Below are positions 15,819 through 17,359 of a stretch of DNA of 17,359 nt, piece after piece. The number at the start of each line of letters is the position of its first letter. The first letter of the stretch is position 1. The position numbers were made by a program, and so were the translations under genes. The notes under the pieces are model-generated. The model ran no database searches, was not told the DNA's origin, and was given only the letters and a program-made list of their open reading frames with translations. This stretch comes from Caenibacillus caldisaponilyticus (lineage in GTDB: Bacteria; Bacillota; Bacilli; Bacillales; Sporolactobacillaceae), in contig NZ_BDDQ01000040.1 in assembly GCF_002003465.1 (NCBI RefSeq), positions 1-17,359 of the forward strand, in the 5' to 3' direction.

Positions 15819-16481
15819 TTGAAAGGCAGGCAAAAAAGCCGTTCGTTTTTATCGATCCTGACAATATTGATGCTTATGGCCATCATGGGGGCGTGTTCGC
15901 ATAATAAGGAGTCAAATGCGGAAGGAAAACATCGGGCCAAAGTTTACATGGAAGGTTCGTTTTCCATCAACATGGATGATCCCCGGGCAACCGTCGGTGA
16001 CGCGGATTATGTTTTTTTGGCCCGTGTCGATAAAAAAGGAAAAACGGTATACAAAAATAAGGTCCAAATTGAAACAGAAAATGGCACAAAAGAGATTGCA
16101 ACGCCTTATACCAATTATAAAGTCACGGTTTTAAAAAATATAAAAGGCAGCTTGCAAACCGATCAATCGATTCCCGTTCAAAAAGCTGGCGGTATTGACA
16201 AAAAGGGGGATTCCATTGTCATATTTGAGGACGATGCTCTCCCGGAAGTCGGTAAAACCTATGTATTTTTAGCCTATGCGCAAGATGACGGATCGTTATT
16301 AATTTCGGGTCCGCACTCGAACACACTTGTGGCAAATATCGATCGCACCGTCACAAGCCAAACGGTGAACGCTTATGCCAAACAATCTGATGTGGTTTCA
16401 TATTATGAAAAAGCCTTTGATCATCAAATCACCACGGACAGAAAACGCTCGATTTCCAAATATGATACAAGCGCCAATTAA
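15819..16481 (+). CDS. putative lipoprotein of unknown function
   Basis: TTG 15819 lies 7 nt after AGGAGG (15806-15811); the track start ATG 15789 lacks an RBS. N-terminus 'KGRQKSRSFLSILTILMLMAIMGAC' has a basic n-region, a hydrophobic core and a lipobox Cys. Confidence 0.7.
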   Translation: MKGRQKSRSFLSILTILMLMAIMGACSHNKESNAEGKHRAKVYMEGSFSINMDDPRATVGDADYVFLARVDKKGKTVYKNKVQIETENGTKEIATPYTNYKVTVLKNIKGSLQTDQSIPVQKAGGIDKKGDSIVIFEDDALPEVGKTYVFLAYAQDDGSLLISGPHSNTLVANIDRTVTSQTVNAYAKQSDVVSYYEKAFDHQITTDRKRSISKYDTSAN

Positions 16482-16808
16482 TCCGCGATCTAGAGCAACA
16501 TGTTCCATGAGCCTCTTTCATCTTTTTTGTATAGGCACCATGAAACATCGATTTCCTGAATCATGGCAATCAGTAGTGTTTCAGCCCGCTGCAGCAGTGT
16601 AATTAAAAATTTAAGAATACAATATATGTGCATTATTAGGGCCTATTGCTCTAACCATTGTGTCTCATTTCCCGTTCCGATATCGTAATTCAAACATTTA
16701 CGAGATTTATGCAGCGTTCAAAAAAATCTGTGCCAGTCTGCGGGTACCGTCAAGAATTTTGTGTAATGTAAGATAGATAGGGTATCTCTGAAATAGATTT
16801 GGAATAGA

Positions 16809-16876
16809 GGGGGGGCTGGTTCCCCCCCAGGGGACTGAATATTCAGTCTCTTGAGGGGGAAAGGGAGAATCCCCTC
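16809..16876. repeat. three consecutive hairpin-forming inverted repeats just downstream of the transposase stop
   Basis: G7-ctggtt-C7 (16809-16828), the perfect palindrome GACTGAATATTCAGTC (16833-16848), and GAGGGG-N12-CCCCTC (16853-16876). Confidence 0.6.
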
Positions 16877-16900
16877 ATCTCATCTATTTACATTATTTGG

Positions 16901-17359
16901 TTAATGATAACGTTCTTCAAACATTCGCTCGAGGGCTTCCTGCGCTTCGGCAAATCCTCGCAACTTTCGTTCTGCCCATTTCTCGTTAAAATCTTGAACG
17001 GTCAAATATACGACTTTTTCAGCGGCTTCTAAACTGCTCAAACTGTTCATCGGCTTTAGACGTTTCCGAATCTCCTTGATCGTTCGTTCGATGGCATTGG
17101 TCGTATAAATCACACTTCGAATACTGCTTGGATAATCCATAAATGTAAGGAGGACATCCAACTCATTGGCCCAAGATTGAACTTCTCTTGGATATTTGCT
17201 GGACCATTTCGACTCAAACTGTTGAAACATTTGTAACGCCATCTCCTTATTCGGCGCGCGATAAATCAGCTTGAGATCCTCGGCCATTTCGAATTGATCT
17301 TTTTTCCGAACACGGCTGAGGGTGTTGCGGACTTTGTGCACGACACAGCGCTGCACATC
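16901..17359 (-). CDS. IS256-family (mutator-type) transposase, C-terminal part; ORF continues past the window edge
   Basis: 'QRCVVHKVRNTL...', 'IYTTNAIERTIKEIRKR' and 'SLEAAEKVVYL' are conserved C-terminal IS256 transposase blocks. The frame is still open at base 17359. Confidence 0.9.
   Translation of the reverse strand, partial: DVQRCVVHKVRNTLSRVRKKDQFEMAEDLKLIYRAPNKEMALQMFQQFESKWSSKYPREVQSWANELDVLLTFMDYPSSIRSVIYTTNAIERTIKEIRKRLKPMNSLSSLEAAEKVVYLTVQDFNEKWAERKLRGFAEAQEALERMFEERYH

Larger units (their letters stand above)
16780..17359 (-). mobile_element. partial IS256-family insertion sequence (one end only)
   Basis: Transposase gene plus about 120 bp of structured non-coding end. The exact terminal inverted repeat cannot be set without the other end; 16780 is a guess within roughly 16760-16810. 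Confidence 0.5.

Noticed and set aside
16375-16602. 75-aa ORF overlapping the end of the lipoprotein gene
   Set aside because: It is out of frame with a better-supported gene and has no RBS.

Overview
This 17.4-kb segment reads like a Bacillaceae (Firmicutes) accessory region, with AAGGAGG-type RBSs, sigma-A-like promoters and many small regulator+effector pairs. From left to right it carries: TetR + DUF4260 membrane protein (overlapping stop/start), a flavodoxin-fold NAD(P)H oxidoreductase, a LOG/YvdD-type protein (minus strand), a nitroreductase, an orphan C-terminal Ig-like-domain gene fragment, a 422-aa YcdB/YcdC (DUF4901)/PepSY-like protein, and TetR + SMR efflux protein + YvaD-like membrane protein. 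From about 8.1 kb to 14.7 kb the DNA is visibly more AT-rich and forms a metal(loid)-resistance mosaic with four parts. (1) MarR + DUF3147. (2) An ArsR-family regulator with an unusual four-Cys cluster, an ArsP/PF03773-type CxC permease, and an unannotated 38-aa peptide with three Cys-Cys pairs. (3) A decayed minus-strand ars operon: arsR, a ~300-bp scar where the arsenite pump should be, a thioredoxin-type arsC, and an internally deleted thioredoxin-reductase remnant. (4) An intact cadC-cadA Cd/Zn P-type ATPase operon. The right end holds a GC-rich gene-less block, a VOC/PhnB-like protein, a lipoprotein, and the 3' part of an IS256-family element that runs off the window. I saw no rRNA, tRNA or CRISPR array. 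The best candidate for something undescribed is the ArsR / permease / tri-CC-peptide module at 9.07-10.59 kb. All family calls come from reading motifs by eye; no searches were run.
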